Of a stretch of 32,000 nt of DNA, positions 10,863 through 23,376 are shown in pieces. The notes beneath the pieces were generated by a model, which saw only the letters and a program-made list of their open reading frames with translations, was not told where the DNA came from and ran no database searches. A program made the position numbers and the translations under genes. Position 1 is the first letter of the stretch. Each line of letters starts with the position of its first letter. Location: NCBI RefSeq assembly GCF_900079115.1, contig NZ_LT549890.1:1020001-1052000 (forward strand), given 5' to 3'. Origin of the DNA: Saccharolobus solfataricus (GTDB lineage: Archaea; Thermoproteota; Thermoprotei_A; Sulfolobales; Sulfolobaceae).

Positions 10863-11042
10863 TTATTTATTTAATTCTTTCTATGGTATAAAAGTTTAGC
10901 TTGCTGATTTTTGCCTAAATGTTTGATAATGATAGTTAATCACAAATGTGGGAATTTTTTAGTTATTAATATAGGGAAAATCATCTATAAGATTTTACAT
11001 AGCGGGGTAACTTTCAAATAAAACTCTATGTAAGTAGAAAAG

Positions 11043-11048
11043 TTTATA

Positions 11049-11049
<1 letters not shown>
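11043..11049 (+). promoter_or_regulatory. TATA-box-like element (tttataa) for the alpha-amylase gene
   Basis: Centred ~27 nt upstream of the second in-frame ATG (11073). This is the canonical Sulfolobus TATA-to-TSS spacing for a leaderless mRNA, and it abuts or overlaps the first ATG (11049). Confidence 0.4.
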
Positions 11050-13757
<2,708 letters not shown>

Positions 13758-13764
13758 TTTAAAG

Positions 13765-15018
13765 TTAATCTTCATCATCTTTTCCATTATTTCCTGCTAT
13801 TTCAAGTACTTCTGCATAGATAAACCCAGCAATTATCCAAGCGAAGAATATGTAGTTAATTATGGGAGTGTTTTCTTGTATCGAATACACTAATATTATT
13901 AAGGATAATAACGTAGAAGTGATCGCAATCGTTATTTCCATTTTTCTCTTCCTTAGTTTTTTCAACGCTATCCTAAATAGCGAAAGATTGGCTGAAAGTG
14001 ATATTATCAAATAGCTTAATACCGTAAGTCCCCCTAAAACTAGAAAGGTTGTATATAGCCCAACGAAGTGAGTTAGGAGAAACAAAATAACAGTATAGAT
14101 AATGAGTGATATGACCTCAGCGTTATATGGTCTATTATATTTAACCGATGAAATAATCGATGGCATAAGATTCTTTAATGACATTGCATGAAGGATCCTA
14201 GACATCGCTATAATATAGGCTATTCCACCCAATATTCCACCATTTAAAGCTGAGAAGATCAAATAGGGAAATATGAATCCAACCTTATCTAAAAGAATTT
14301 CTATCAAATCAGTCCCATATAGCGCACTGGCGTAAAAAAGCAAAGCTGATAGCAATCCACCTAAAAGTATCACGATAACAGTAATTATCCCCACAATTTT
14401 CTTCGCATTCTTTATATCTTCACTCATTGGGTTCAAATTTCCATAACCTATGGGCATTCCTATGGCGTAAAGTATAACTAGAAAGGGATTAGTCGGAATC
14501 GTTAAGTTAAAACTTGGTTTCGTCCCTAACAATAGCACAACTGAGCTGACAATTATTGCAACTATCTCAGCAATACTTATGAACTCGGCGTATTTAACGG
14601 AAACATCTAAACCCCTTATAACCAGAAATGCTGAAAATAATATGACTAGAAATGCAACTAGGTCAGCACTTATCTTTAAATAACTTGTTATAATGTAAAT
14701 TGAACCAGCTAATAATGTACCACCATAACTAAATGCATAAAGTAAAAATAGCCATCCAGTTACTAATCCTAGCCTTTCGGTAAGCGAATAGAAGGCATAG
14801 GTGAAGTATCCTCCATGTTGGGAATACCTTAACGACAATCTATATATTACTATGCCATTCACTAACACTAGAATCGTCCCAATAATTGTGGCAATAGTTA
14901 AGAAGGATCCACCAAGTTGTAGACCTATAGTACCAAATGTAATTATTGAGGTAAAGGGCGCTTGTCCTCCAAAGGACAGTGAAAAGGCTTCAAAAACTGA
15001 AAGTTTTCTTCTACTCAC
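13765..15018 (-). CDS. APC-superfamily amino acid/polyamine permease
   Basis: 417-aa ORF, ~12 predicted hydrophobic helices, N-terminus LSVFEAFSLSFGGQAP typical of APC permeases. Confidence 0.65.
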   Translation of the reverse strand: MSRRKLSVFEAFSLSFGGQAPFTSIITFGTIGLQLGGSFLTIATIIGTILVLVNGIVIYRLSLRYSQHGGYFTYAFYSLTERLGLVTGWLFLLYAFSYGGTLLAGSIYIITSYLKISADLVAFLVILFSAFLVIRGLDVSVKYAEFISIAEIVAIIVSSVVLLLGTKPSFNLTIPTNPFLVILYAIGMPIGYGNLNPMSEDIKNAKKIVGIITVIVILLGGLLSALLFYASALYGTDLIEILLDKVGFIFPYLIFSALNGGILGGIAYIIAMSRILHAMSLKNLMPSIISSVKYNRPYNAEVISLIIYTVILFLLTHFVGLYTTFLVLGGLTVLSYLIISLSANLSLFRIALKKLRKRKMEITIAITSTLLSLIILVYSIQENTPIINYIFFAWIIAGFIYAEVLEIAGNNGKDDED

Positions 15019-15054
15019 ACACTGTGTTTAACGTTAACCCTTTAAAAATTCTGT

Positions 15055-15978
15055 CTAGAGATAGAAGGATAATATTACTATTATTACATAAACACCAATC
15101 AGAATTACAGATTCAAATGTCTTAAGCCTCTTATCAAAAAGTACATATAAGGCTATCATATTAGCAATTAGGGAAGAAGCGTATTCTGGTAAGGCTTGCT
15201 GTAATTCGTAATCCGTAAAAATACCTATAATCCCTAACAATACAGTTGCGTTCTCGATCTTACTTCCAACGAAACTCAAAATCGAAAGCGATCCTCCATC
15301 TTTGGACATTAGAACCAACCTAAATGCCGAGATCTTTTCTTCAAGTTCTCCCGCTATAGGTGCTATTACTAGTGAAAGCCATATTGCAGGAACATTGAAC
15401 ATGATTGCGATCTCATTTATATACTCTACAAAGTAATGCGAAAAGACCACTAGTAGAACCCCTCCAGCAATTATAAATCCAACTGGCTTCATTAAATTAC
15501 CCTTTTCTCTCTCCATTCCCTCTCTCCTAAATTTAGCTACCCTATAGACAACGTAAATAACGTAGATTAATATAAGTAAAAGCCCCGAAATGATATTTAA
15601 TTTTCCGTAAATCAGAACGAGTAACATTCCAATAGTAGTTAATACCAGAAAAACATTTTCAACACTATACTCACTAGAAATTTGAAGTGCAGTCCTCCAC
15701 TTAAATGCATAAAATACTCCAACTAGTCCAATACCTAATGTAAATAACAATACGTTACCTCCAATTGCTGAGCCTAATGCAACATCAAAACTACCTTCTA
15801 AAGATGCTACAATTACGAAAATGGTCTCTGGTAACGCCGTGAGGAATCCGAGTATTATACCACCAGTTATACCTTGTCCTAAGAAATCCTCTAGTTCGTC
15901 TGCCCCTTTAGCTAAGAGCTCTGCAGACACAAAGATCGCTATGAAAATTCCGATAAATTCTAACCAAAATAGTAGCAT
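15055..15978 (-). CDS. CaCA-family cation/Ca2+ exchanger (Na+/Ca2+ exchanger membrane region protein)
   Basis: 307-aa polytopic ORF with two alpha-repeat-like segments (GFLTALPETIFVIVAS and IAPIAGELEEKISA) separated by a charged loop. Confidence 0.7.
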   Translation of the reverse strand: MLLFWLEFIGIFIAIFVSAELLAKGADELEDFLGQGITGGIILGFLTALPETIFVIVASLEGSFDVALGSAIGGNVLLFTLGIGLVGVFYAFKWRTALQISSEYSVENVFLVLTTIGMLLVLIYGKLNIISGLLLILIYVIYVVYRVAKFRREGMEREKGNLMKPVGFIIAGGVLLVVFSHYFVEYINEIAIMFNVPAIWLSLVIAPIAGELEEKISAFRLVLMSKDGGSLSILSFVGSKIENATVLLGIIGIFTDYELQQALPEYASSLIANMIALYVLFDKRLKTFESVILIGVYVIIVILSFYL

Positions 15979-16160
15979 TCTTCATAGTAATCAAGTTATA
16001 TGCTTATAAGATTAATCTCTTAAGATAGAATTAATCTAATATTCAATCACTAAAATCTTTGGATTAAGATGAGAAAATACTCAGATATGAATTTAGCCGA
16101 ACATATGGATATTGCTAAAAGCTTTTTTAAGGATTACTTTTGGATAATACTTAAAGTGAG

Positions 16161-17966
16161 ATGTATATGAAGGCAAAGCATTTAATTTCCTTAATAGTAA
16201 TATTAACTCCATTAGTTACTTTACTCACTAGCGCCGTCTATACGTCTGGTGGTATAACTTTTTACAGTCCAGCCTATAACGGTGAGTCCTATTACACTGG
16301 GCAATCAATAACCATTGACGCATTACTACCGCAACAATTTGCAACAGATGCAGCAACCATAAACTTCTTTTTCCCCAATTCATCCTTAGCTGTGACAATA
16401 CCCGTTCAAATTAATGGAAGTGGTGGAATATACGTACCTAATGCCTATGCTTTCCCCAATGTTCCCGGGACATGGCAAATTACAATAGAAGTTGCGGGCG
16501 GTGTGGCAGTAGGTACCATTAACGTTAACGTTATTCAAAGAACTCCATTAGTTACAGTACATCTGGGTTACGGTGTTGTCGGTCAAGCACTACCACAAAC
16601 GCCAACCATAACCTTAACTTTCCCTAATGGTACAACAATTACAGTTCCTCTTCAAGGTACAGTTAACGTTCCTTCCGGTACTTCATATCAAGTTGAGCAA
16701 GCAATAACTGAAAATAATATCAGATGGGCTACCAATTACACTAGTGGTACTATAACCCCAGCGACTACATCCATAACGCCTACATATTATCAACAATATC
16801 TAGTTACCTTTAATTACACAGTCCAAGGAGGTACTGGCTACTCTCCACCTACAGTTTACTATCGAAGTCTTGGAATGAACGAAACAGCAAAAGCACCAGC
16901 ATCAGTTTGGGTAGATGCCAATTCAGCTTATATTTACTCGCCAGAACTTCAATCTAACGTCCAAGGAGAGAGATGGATAGCGGTAAACTTCACTGGGATC
17001 ATTAAAGCTCCTGGCGAAATCAATGAATATTATATTAACCAATATCTAGTTACCGTACAATCCCAAATCCCAGTTTACGCAATAGTAAACGGAGCTAACG
17101 AGACCTTAAACTCTACAAACTGGTTCACACAAGGCACTACAATCAAACTAGAAAATATAACGAAATACGTAAGCAGTGTTGAGAGATATGTAATAGCTAA
17201 TTTCTCACCCTCAGAGGTTATAACAGTAAATCAGCCTACTACGATAAAAGTAAATACTGTAACCCAATATTTCATTAACGTTAACTCTCCAGTTCAATTA
17301 AAAGCCTTAATAAACGGCGCAAATGAAAGCCTTACAGCAGGTTGGTATAATCAAGGAACATCAATCAAAATAGAGAACCTTACATACTACGTGGGAAATG
17401 GAGAGAGATTAATCTTAGGTAAAGTTCTTCCATCCTTAGAGATAATTGTAAATGGCTCCTATACCATAAGCACTACAACCATAACTCAATACTTCGTCAA
17501 CGTCTCTTCTCCCATACCAGTCCAAGTACTAATTAACGGTTCTAAGACTATACTTAACTCCTCCTGGATAAACGCTGGAACATCGATACTAGTGTTAAAC
17601 TACACTTACAACATTAGTCCACAAGAGAGGGTTATAATAGTTGGTATATCACCCTCACAGTCATTTACAGTGAACTCACCCGAAACCCTAAAGCTACTTA
17701 CAGTCACACAATATCTAGTCACAATTAATGGTGTGTCTAAATTCTATAACTCGGGATCAAAGATAGTCCTTAATGCGAGTGTGCCATTCTACGAAACTGC
17801 CACGTTTAAGGGAACGTATAATGTCTCTCCGGGAGCTACAATTACAGTGAACCAACCAATAACTGAAACATTAGTAGAATCTCCAAATTACTTAATTTTA
17901 GGAGCAATAGCAGCTGTTATAATAATAGTAGTAGCTGTGGTGGTAATAATCCTCTTAAGGCGTTAA
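16161..17966 (+). CDS. Secreted, C-terminally anchored repeat protein (probable N-glycosylated cell-surface protein), function unknown
   Basis: 601-aa ORF. Signal-like N-terminus ([22 protein letters not shown]) and C-terminal TM ([23 protein letters not shown]). Four to five tandem ~77-aa repeats, each opening with TQY[LF][VI]. More than 20 N-x-S/T sequons. The start may be the ATG at 16167. Confidence 0.7.
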   Translation: MYMKAKHLISLIVILTPLVTLLTSAVYTSGGITFYSPAYNGESYYTGQSITIDALLPQQFATDAATINFFFPNSSLAVTIPVQINGSGGIYVPNAYAFPNVPGTWQITIEVAGGVAVGTINVNVIQRTPLVTVHLGYGVVGQALPQTPTITLTFPNGTTITVPLQGTVNVPSGTSYQVEQAITENNIRWATNYTSGTITPATTSITPTYYQQYLVTFNYTVQGGTGYSPPTVYYRSLGMNETAKAPASVWVDANSAYIYSPELQSNVQGERWIAVNFTGIIKAPGEINEYYINQYLVTVQSQIPVYAIVNGANETLNSTNWFTQGTTIKLENITKYVSSVERYVIANFSPSEVITVNQPTTIKVNTVTQYFINVNSPVQLKALINGANESLTAGWYNQGTSIKIENLTYYVGNGERLILGKVLPSLEIIVNGSYTISTTTITQYFVNVSSPIPVQVLINGSKTILNSSWINAGTSILVLNYTYNISPQERVIIVGISPSQSFTVNSPETLKLLTVTQYLVTINGVSKFYNSGSKIVLNASVPFYETATFKGTYNVSPGATITVNQPITETLVESPNYLILGAIAAVIIIVVAVVVIILLRR

Positions 17967-18362
17967 TATTTTTTCCTCAATCCTCTTCTCCAGTATTTTG
18001 AAAAGGTCTTCTATAGGGATCGAATTATCGATTGTCACTATTATATCCTCAGCTTTTTCTGGGACTAGAACTCTCCATTCGTGAACTTGCTTGAACTTAA
18101 TAGCTATTAATGGTACACCCTTCATAGTAAACATCGATAAAAAATCTAACAACTTCCTCACTTGGTGCTCCTTAACCTTTACCTTATTTTCCCAAGTACT
18201 CTTACACTCAATTGACAACAAAGTGTTCCCCTTGGTAGCGAAAATGTCCGGTAATGGATTCGGAGACGAATTTGAAGTGGGAATCCTAACTGCGTTAAAT
18301 CCCTCTCCCCTCAAGATGGAAACTAATTCCCTCTCAGCGTTCTTACCTATATCCCTATTCAT
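17955..18362 (-). CDS. hje: Archaeal Holliday junction resolvase, Hje-type (Hjc paralogue)
   Basis: 135-aa ORF with the Hjc-family catalytic layout: E10/E12 (NAERELV), D39 (LPDIFA), E52-x-K54 (SIECK). Length and sequence match my recollection of S. solfataricus Hje. Confidence 0.8.
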
Positions 18363-18433
18363 GAAAACTACATAGCGTTCAAAAGATTAAAAAGCAAGGA
18401 ACCTTATTAATACATGAAACCCAATATCTCATA

Positions 18434-19504
18434 ATGTACCCAGAATTTTGCCTTGAAAGATGGCAATCCTTAAGGGATTGGAGAGCTAAATACGTCCTTT
18501 CAGAAAGTGGAGTAGAACCATTAGATCTAAGTGAAATCCAAATACCTAACGTTAAGCTAGAGTATGGTCACACAAAGGGACTAATAAAACTAAGGCAACT
18601 AGTATCATCCTTCTATCCCGGGAAGAAAGAGGAAGACGTAATAATAACAGCAGGAGGTGCGGAAGCCAACTACGTAACAGTCCTCTCCACAATAGAACCA
18701 GGAGATGAAGTAATAGTAGAAATGCCCAATTACATGCAAATCCCCGGATTACTAAGGGGAATAAACGCCAAGATAAAGTACATTTGGCTAAATGATAACT
18801 TTAAGTTAGACTTAAATGAGCTCAACGAAATGGTTAGTAAGAAAACCAAGGCAATAGTAATAACAAACCCGAATAATCCAACTGGCATGGCACTTTCTGA
18901 AAGTGAAATTAAGGGAATCGTTGATATAGCTGAGGATAATCAAGTGACCATAATAGCTGATGAGGTTTATAGGGGGTCGGAGCATGATGGAAATATAAGA
19001 CCAAGCTTTATTGACTTATACGACAATGCAATAAGTACCAATAGTATGTCAAAGGTTTATGGATTACCGGGGATAAGAATAGGGTGGGTTGTGGCAAACA
19101 AAGAGTTAGTTGATAAGATGTGGAGTATTAGAGATTACACGTCAATTTCACCCTCAATTTTAGGGCAAGAAATAGCATATAATGTACTCTTAGAGAAGGA
19201 GAAATATATGGATAGGGCGAGGAGAATTGGGTTAAATAATATAAGGTTATTGGAGAGGTTAATAAGTGATATTGACGTTAAGTGGGTTGAACCTAATGCT
19301 ACAGTATTAGCTTATCTTAAATTGAATGTTAAGAACACTTACGATTTCAGTGCAAGGTTGTTTGAGAAATATAGTGTGTTGGTTAATCCTGGAGAGTGCT
19401 TTGAGATGCCCGGTTATGTCAGGATTGGTTTGGGAAGTACAAATACAGAGTTTTTAAATGAGGCATTATCATTATTCATAGGGTATTTAAGGGAGTATGA
19501 ATAA
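18434..19504 (+). CDS. PLP-dependent aminotransferase, class I/II
   Basis: 356-aa ORF with NPNNPTG and the PLP-lysine motif SMSKVYGLPGIRIGW. Confidence 0.85.
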   Translation: MYPEFCLERWQSLRDWRAKYVLSESGVEPLDLSEIQIPNVKLEYGHTKGLIKLRQLVSSFYPGKKEEDVIITAGGAEANYVTVLSTIEPGDEVIVEMPNYMQIPGLLRGINAKIKYIWLNDNFKLDLNELNEMVSKKTKAIVITNPNNPTGMALSESEIKGIVDIAEDNQVTIIADEVYRGSEHDGNIRPSFIDLYDNAISTNSMSKVYGLPGIRIGWVVANKELVDKMWSIRDYTSISPSILGQEIAYNVLLEKEKYMDRARRIGLNNIRLLERLISDIDVKWVEPNATVLAYLKLNVKNTYDFSARLFEKYSVLVNPGECFEMPGYVRIGLGSTNTEFLNEALSLFIGYLREYE

Positions 19505-19644
19505 AAAGGGGTAGTTTTCAACAATTCCCAAGTAATACGCAAATCAATAATACCCAATAGGTTTCAATAGTTTGGTATAGCCCAAATGTGGTTAAAAACC
19601 TAGGATTTTTACCTTAATGGGGGTTAAGGGAGGAGACCCCATCC

Positions 19645-20792
19645 GTAACGGTAGACCCAAAATCACCTCCATAAAAATAAATCTATAGTATTAATAAGCG
19701 TTTTCTTTGGATTAAATGGAGAATTTTTCAGATTGAATAAATCATCAAGAAACAAAAGGATAAGCAATAACCTAAACTCCTCCCTCCTCACCACACCCTT
19801 AAATAAGGAGCAAAGAACCATAGCACGAAGATCAACACGCGGAAGACGAACCTAGTGGAACTGGTGAAGGGAAGGAAAGCCTTTATGTCCCTGTAAGAAG
19901 TCCCTATCGTACTCCTTACCTTATTGTACAACACCTCATTCTTCGGTAGGTCGAGATTAGTCCCCCTCGCGAAGTAAACAACCTCCTTCTTTCTCCTCTT
20001 AATCTCCCTACTATAGACCAGAAGCCTGAACTTAACTTACTCATCCTCACTATGCCTCTTACTATTCGTAACATATTCACCATCAAACTCCTCATAGATC
20101 TTGACATCGCCAACGGGAACTCCAAATTATATAATTGAACCTAAATGAAGTTGAGCACATCAACTGTGTAGAAGCCATCAAGAGTTATCAACCTTATCTT
20201 GAACCCCATTGCAACTTGCTCCACGAGGATTTTCACGATATCATCCTTGGTCATCCCGTTCACTTGTGTGACGAAAGCCAGTAGGCCATCATGTGTGGTA
20301 GTATAGTTCCACGAGTTTCCCTTTTCTGAGTCCTTTCACCGGTTTTCCGTACCAAGTTTTAGTGGTCCAGTCTATTTCCTTTTCTCCTTTCATCGTCTCC
20401 AAGGATTCCTCACTTGTTTCAAGAGTTTCTCAACTATCCACTCCTTGCTTCTGAACGTAGTTTCTCACGGTTTGTGGTGATATGTTGTACGCGCTTGACT
20501 TGCTCTCTATGGAGTCGTTCCATAAACATGCTGAGATTAATGTTTTTCTAGGTTTTCTGCCTTTTTCCCTTGGAAGTTTAACATGGAAAGTAATTTATAT
20601 CTTGCTTGTTGACTATTTAATGAGGGAATTGGTATTCTCATGAACCCTCATGGTAATACCGATTCCCTCGCTTTAAACCTTTTTTCCAATTTATTGGATT
20701 CTTAATGTTGTTATAAACTTGATTATGTTAAATAAATCTAATATTATTCAATCCAAATTATTTTTGTAAAATGATTTTGGGTCTACCGGTTA
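19645..20792 (-). mobile_element. Decayed ISH3-family (ISC1217-like) insertion sequence, ~1.15 kb
   Basis: Inverted repeats cggtagacccaaaatca (19649-19665) and tgattttgggtctaccg (20772-20788). The interior encodes only a multiply frameshifted DDE transposase. No clear TSD. Confidence 0.7.
19788..20651 (-). pseudogene. ISH3-type DDE transposase, disrupted by several frameshifts and stops
   Basis: My minus-strand translation recovers pieces in different frames: an HTH-like SKSSAYNISPQTVRNYVQK, then ..ITLDGFYTVDVLNFI, then ..RSTIGTSYRDIKAFLPFTSSTRFVFRVLIF. The tracked ORF 19916..20125 covers one piece of this remnant. Confidence 0.65.
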
Positions 20793-20846
20793 GGGCAGGG
20801 TAGTTCACTTCTAGAAACCGAGTATACTAGTAAGTGTACTGGTATA

Positions 20847-21377
20847 TCAACTAGTCTTTCTCTTAAGCACTAGTCCAAAGTGATAAGGTGTTGGGTTAAA
20901 TCTCTTCTCCACTACGAAGTTGCTAAACCATCCCATGTAGTCTTTCTCATCCATTCTAATACTTAGTGGTGGGCCAATTCCAGTATTCTCTTTCCTCCAG
21001 TCTATAATAATAACCCTACCATCATCCTTTAGTATTCTCTTAACCTCGCTTATAACGTGCTGTTTGTCATCCATATCGTGAAATGAGTTGGCAAATAAAA
21101 TGAAATCAACTGAATTGTCCGGAATTTCCTTAGGATCGGAAAGGGTTATTACACTATCGAACTTCTCTTTGACCTCCTTTAAGGCAATAACGTTTATATC
21201 AATACAATATAGTTTGGTAGCGAATTCCAACAAGTATTTACAGTAAAATCCATTTCCACACCCGTAGTCCACAATTACACCTTTCTTTCCCTCAAATATA
21301 TTTGGGAGATATTCCTCTGGTCTCTCAAATGTCCGTCTAAAGTCCTCTGGAGGGTAATAATGCCGGTGATGGTGCAT
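20847..21377 (-). CDS. Class I SAM-dependent methyltransferase (small, stand-alone)
   Basis: 176-aa ORF with motif I VVDYGCGNGFY, an acidic post-I residue (CIDIN) and motif IV-like ILFANSFHD. Unusual N-terminus MHHHRHYYPPEDF. Confidence 0.8.
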   Translation of the reverse strand: MHHHRHYYPPEDFRRTFERPEEYLPNIFEGKKGVIVDYGCGNGFYCKYLLEFATKLYCIDINVIALKEVKEKFDSVITLSDPKEIPDNSVDFILFANSFHDMDDKQHVISEVKRILKDDGRVIIIDWRKENTGIGPPLSIRMDEKDYMGWFSNFVVEKRFNPTPYHFGLVLKRKTS

Positions 21378-21454
21378 ACTAACTACTCTGCCTCCTAGTT
21401 ATAAAAATTTAATCACAAAAACCACATAAATAAAGGAGAATAGCAATAAAAAAT

Positions 21455-21792
21455 TTACCTTGTGGCATACTTTTCCATTATTGATACTTCTCTTGAAGAC
21501 TCCTCTAATGGTTTCCCTTTAGTCTCTGGCACAAACAGGAATGTTATTACTGAACTTATCCCAGCTACTATTGCTAGGAACGTTATGGCAAAGGATTCAC
21601 CATAAAGCGCAAAAAACGATGGAAATACGAATGCTGTTAATGCAGCTCCTATTCTCCCGGCAGCTACAGTGATTGACTGTGCTATTCCTCTTATCTTAGT
21701 TGGAGCTAACTCGACTCCTAACATTCCCGAGGCTGATACTGAACCTGGTCCAGCTTGTGATGAAAAGTTGTTGAGCCCATATAAGAAGAATG
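21455..21792 (-). pseudogene. MFS transporter (phosphate:H+ symporter/PHS-like), C-terminal fragment
   Basis: The frame is open from the IS junction: ..FFLYGLNNFSSQAGPGSVSASGMLGVELAPTKIRG.. It joins in frame to 23228-23345 once the ISC1439-like element and one TSD copy are removed. Confidence 0.8.
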
Positions 21793-23227
21793 CAGTGGTG
21801 TTTCACCAAATTATTTCATTTGAAAGATATAATATTAGTCCTTTCAAAAAGAGATTGATATAGAGAAAAACAATAAAATTATTATGAAACATAACATGTT
21901 AAGATAATTCGCAAAAAATATAGCGTACAATTCTAATAATAAGAGGAGAATTCTGAATTTTTCTCACGTGGTGAAAACGACGTGCATAGTCTCCTCTGAA
22001 CACCGAGAAAGTTAGAGAAGCTTGACGAATAAATCGAAGGACAAACCCTTCTTACACGTGGACTTGAAGTTAAAGAGAAGATGATTCACTAGATTCCACG
22101 CAGAATCCAGAACCGTGTAATAGAGGAACAAGAAGATCTTATTACTCAACTTCCTAACATACCTTATCCTTGCCTTCCTAACCTTGAAACCCTCCTCAAC
22201 CTGCCACCTCAACCTATAGAGTTCAGCCAGTTCATAGGGATCTCCCTCGAAGTTCGTCACGAAGATGAAGTGCCTCGGCTTTCCCTTAACGTAAACCACA
22301 TCGTAATAATAAAGCCCTTCAAATTTCAAGACCCTATACGCAACGTAAACCCTGTCCTTAACCTCATATCTCTTCTCAACTAATGGAACGTTAGATAGTT
22401 CCTTGAATCCCTTCAAGTTTGACTTTCCTCTCACAATGGTCTTCACGGGCATTTCCTTGATGACCCCTAGGTTCAAGAATCCGGCGTCAGCTACAACGTA
22501 ATCTATTTCCATGTATTGGCTTACTTCCATCACGCTCCTGAGTAGGAACTGTGATGGACTGTCACTTCTCAAATCTGCTACCTCCACTAGGAGGGGTAAC
22601 CTTAAGGGATATACGAGGTTCAAGGATCTCATCTTTATTCCTTTTCTCTTCCAGTTGTAGAGTAGAAAGCCCTCTGCTTTTTCTTGTTCCTTTTCTCCCA
22701 CGGTTAATCCGGTCTCATCTACACTACGTTGGTCTCTCTCTTTACTTCTCTGTAGATTGGGTAGAACTTGAAGGTTCTCTGACCTTTACTAATTACTTTC
22801 TCGCCTTGTCTTACTACCTTCAAGTAGTATTTTCCTCTGTTTCCGGTTAGCAAGGATGGTGCTGCTTTCACTATTTCCGGGTCTAGATCTTGGGAGATAA
22901 CGTTAATATTGATTGTTGCTAAAGTTATAGCGAGGGACTTTAACTCCGTTTTGGATACTTGTATGGTTTGCATAACGGGGTTATGGAGTCCCTCGCTTTA
23001 ACCTTTTCTTGTTCATCTCGTCCTTCCACCTACTCTCTCTCATTGATAATACTAGACAAATGGTATTACTCTTTATATATAAACTCGTTTTCTGTTAGTT
23101 TCTTCAACAAATATGAAAATTTTTTGCTTCTTGTGTTGAAATAAGCCGATTTTTCTAACTCCGCTCTGATATTTTTCTCTTCCATAAAAATTGTATCATT
23201 TTGAGTAAAATTGGTGAAACACCACTG
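21793..23227 (-). mobile_element. IS4-family insertion sequence, 1435 bp (ISC1439-like)
   Basis: 17-bp TIRs: cagtggtgtttcaccaa (21793-21809) and its reverse complement (23211-23227). 9-bp TSD agaagaatg at 21784-21792 and 23228-23236. The size is close to the named 1439-bp Sulfolobus element (family name from memory). Confidence 0.85.
22012..22973 (-). pseudogene. IS4-family DDE transposase carrying a frameshift
   Basis: Two ORFs in different frames (22719..22973 and 22012..22701). Motifs VVADAGF and YRLRWQVEEGFKVRK (Y-x2-R-x3-E-x6-K). The frames meet at ..ETNVV* / VDETGLTV, so one missing nucleotide would restore ..NVVVDETG.. Confidence 0.8.
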
Positions 23228-23345
23228 AGAAGAATGCAATTAATGGGTTAAAAGTTGTGGCAACATTTTTGTAAAACGCAAAGGATAAGAAGGATAGTGC
23301 CATTCCTATGAAGCCGTTGCCAACAGTTTCCGATAAACCGTAAAG
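23228..23345 (-). pseudogene. MFS transporter (PHS-like), middle fragment between two IS insertions
   Basis: Minus-strand translation is ..LYGLSETVGNGFIGMALSFLSFAFYKNVATTFNPLIAFF, continuous with the fragment at 21455-21792. Confidence 0.7.
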
Positions 23346-23376
23346 TTTATATTATTTTGCCACAAACTCTTATACA

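Noticed and set aside
16069-16170. 33-codon upstream ORF ([33 protein letters not shown]) whose TGA overlaps the ATG at 16167 in an ATGA arrangement
   Set aside because: The arrangement is tempting as translational coupling. However, a 33-codon open frame is not improbable by chance, the peptide has no features, and there is no supporting SD or promoter.
19505-19644. Sequence between the aminotransferase stop and the ISH3-like IR, checked for a TSD or a MITE
   Set aside because: No direct repeat matching the other flank (20793-20846) and no second inverted repeat were found.
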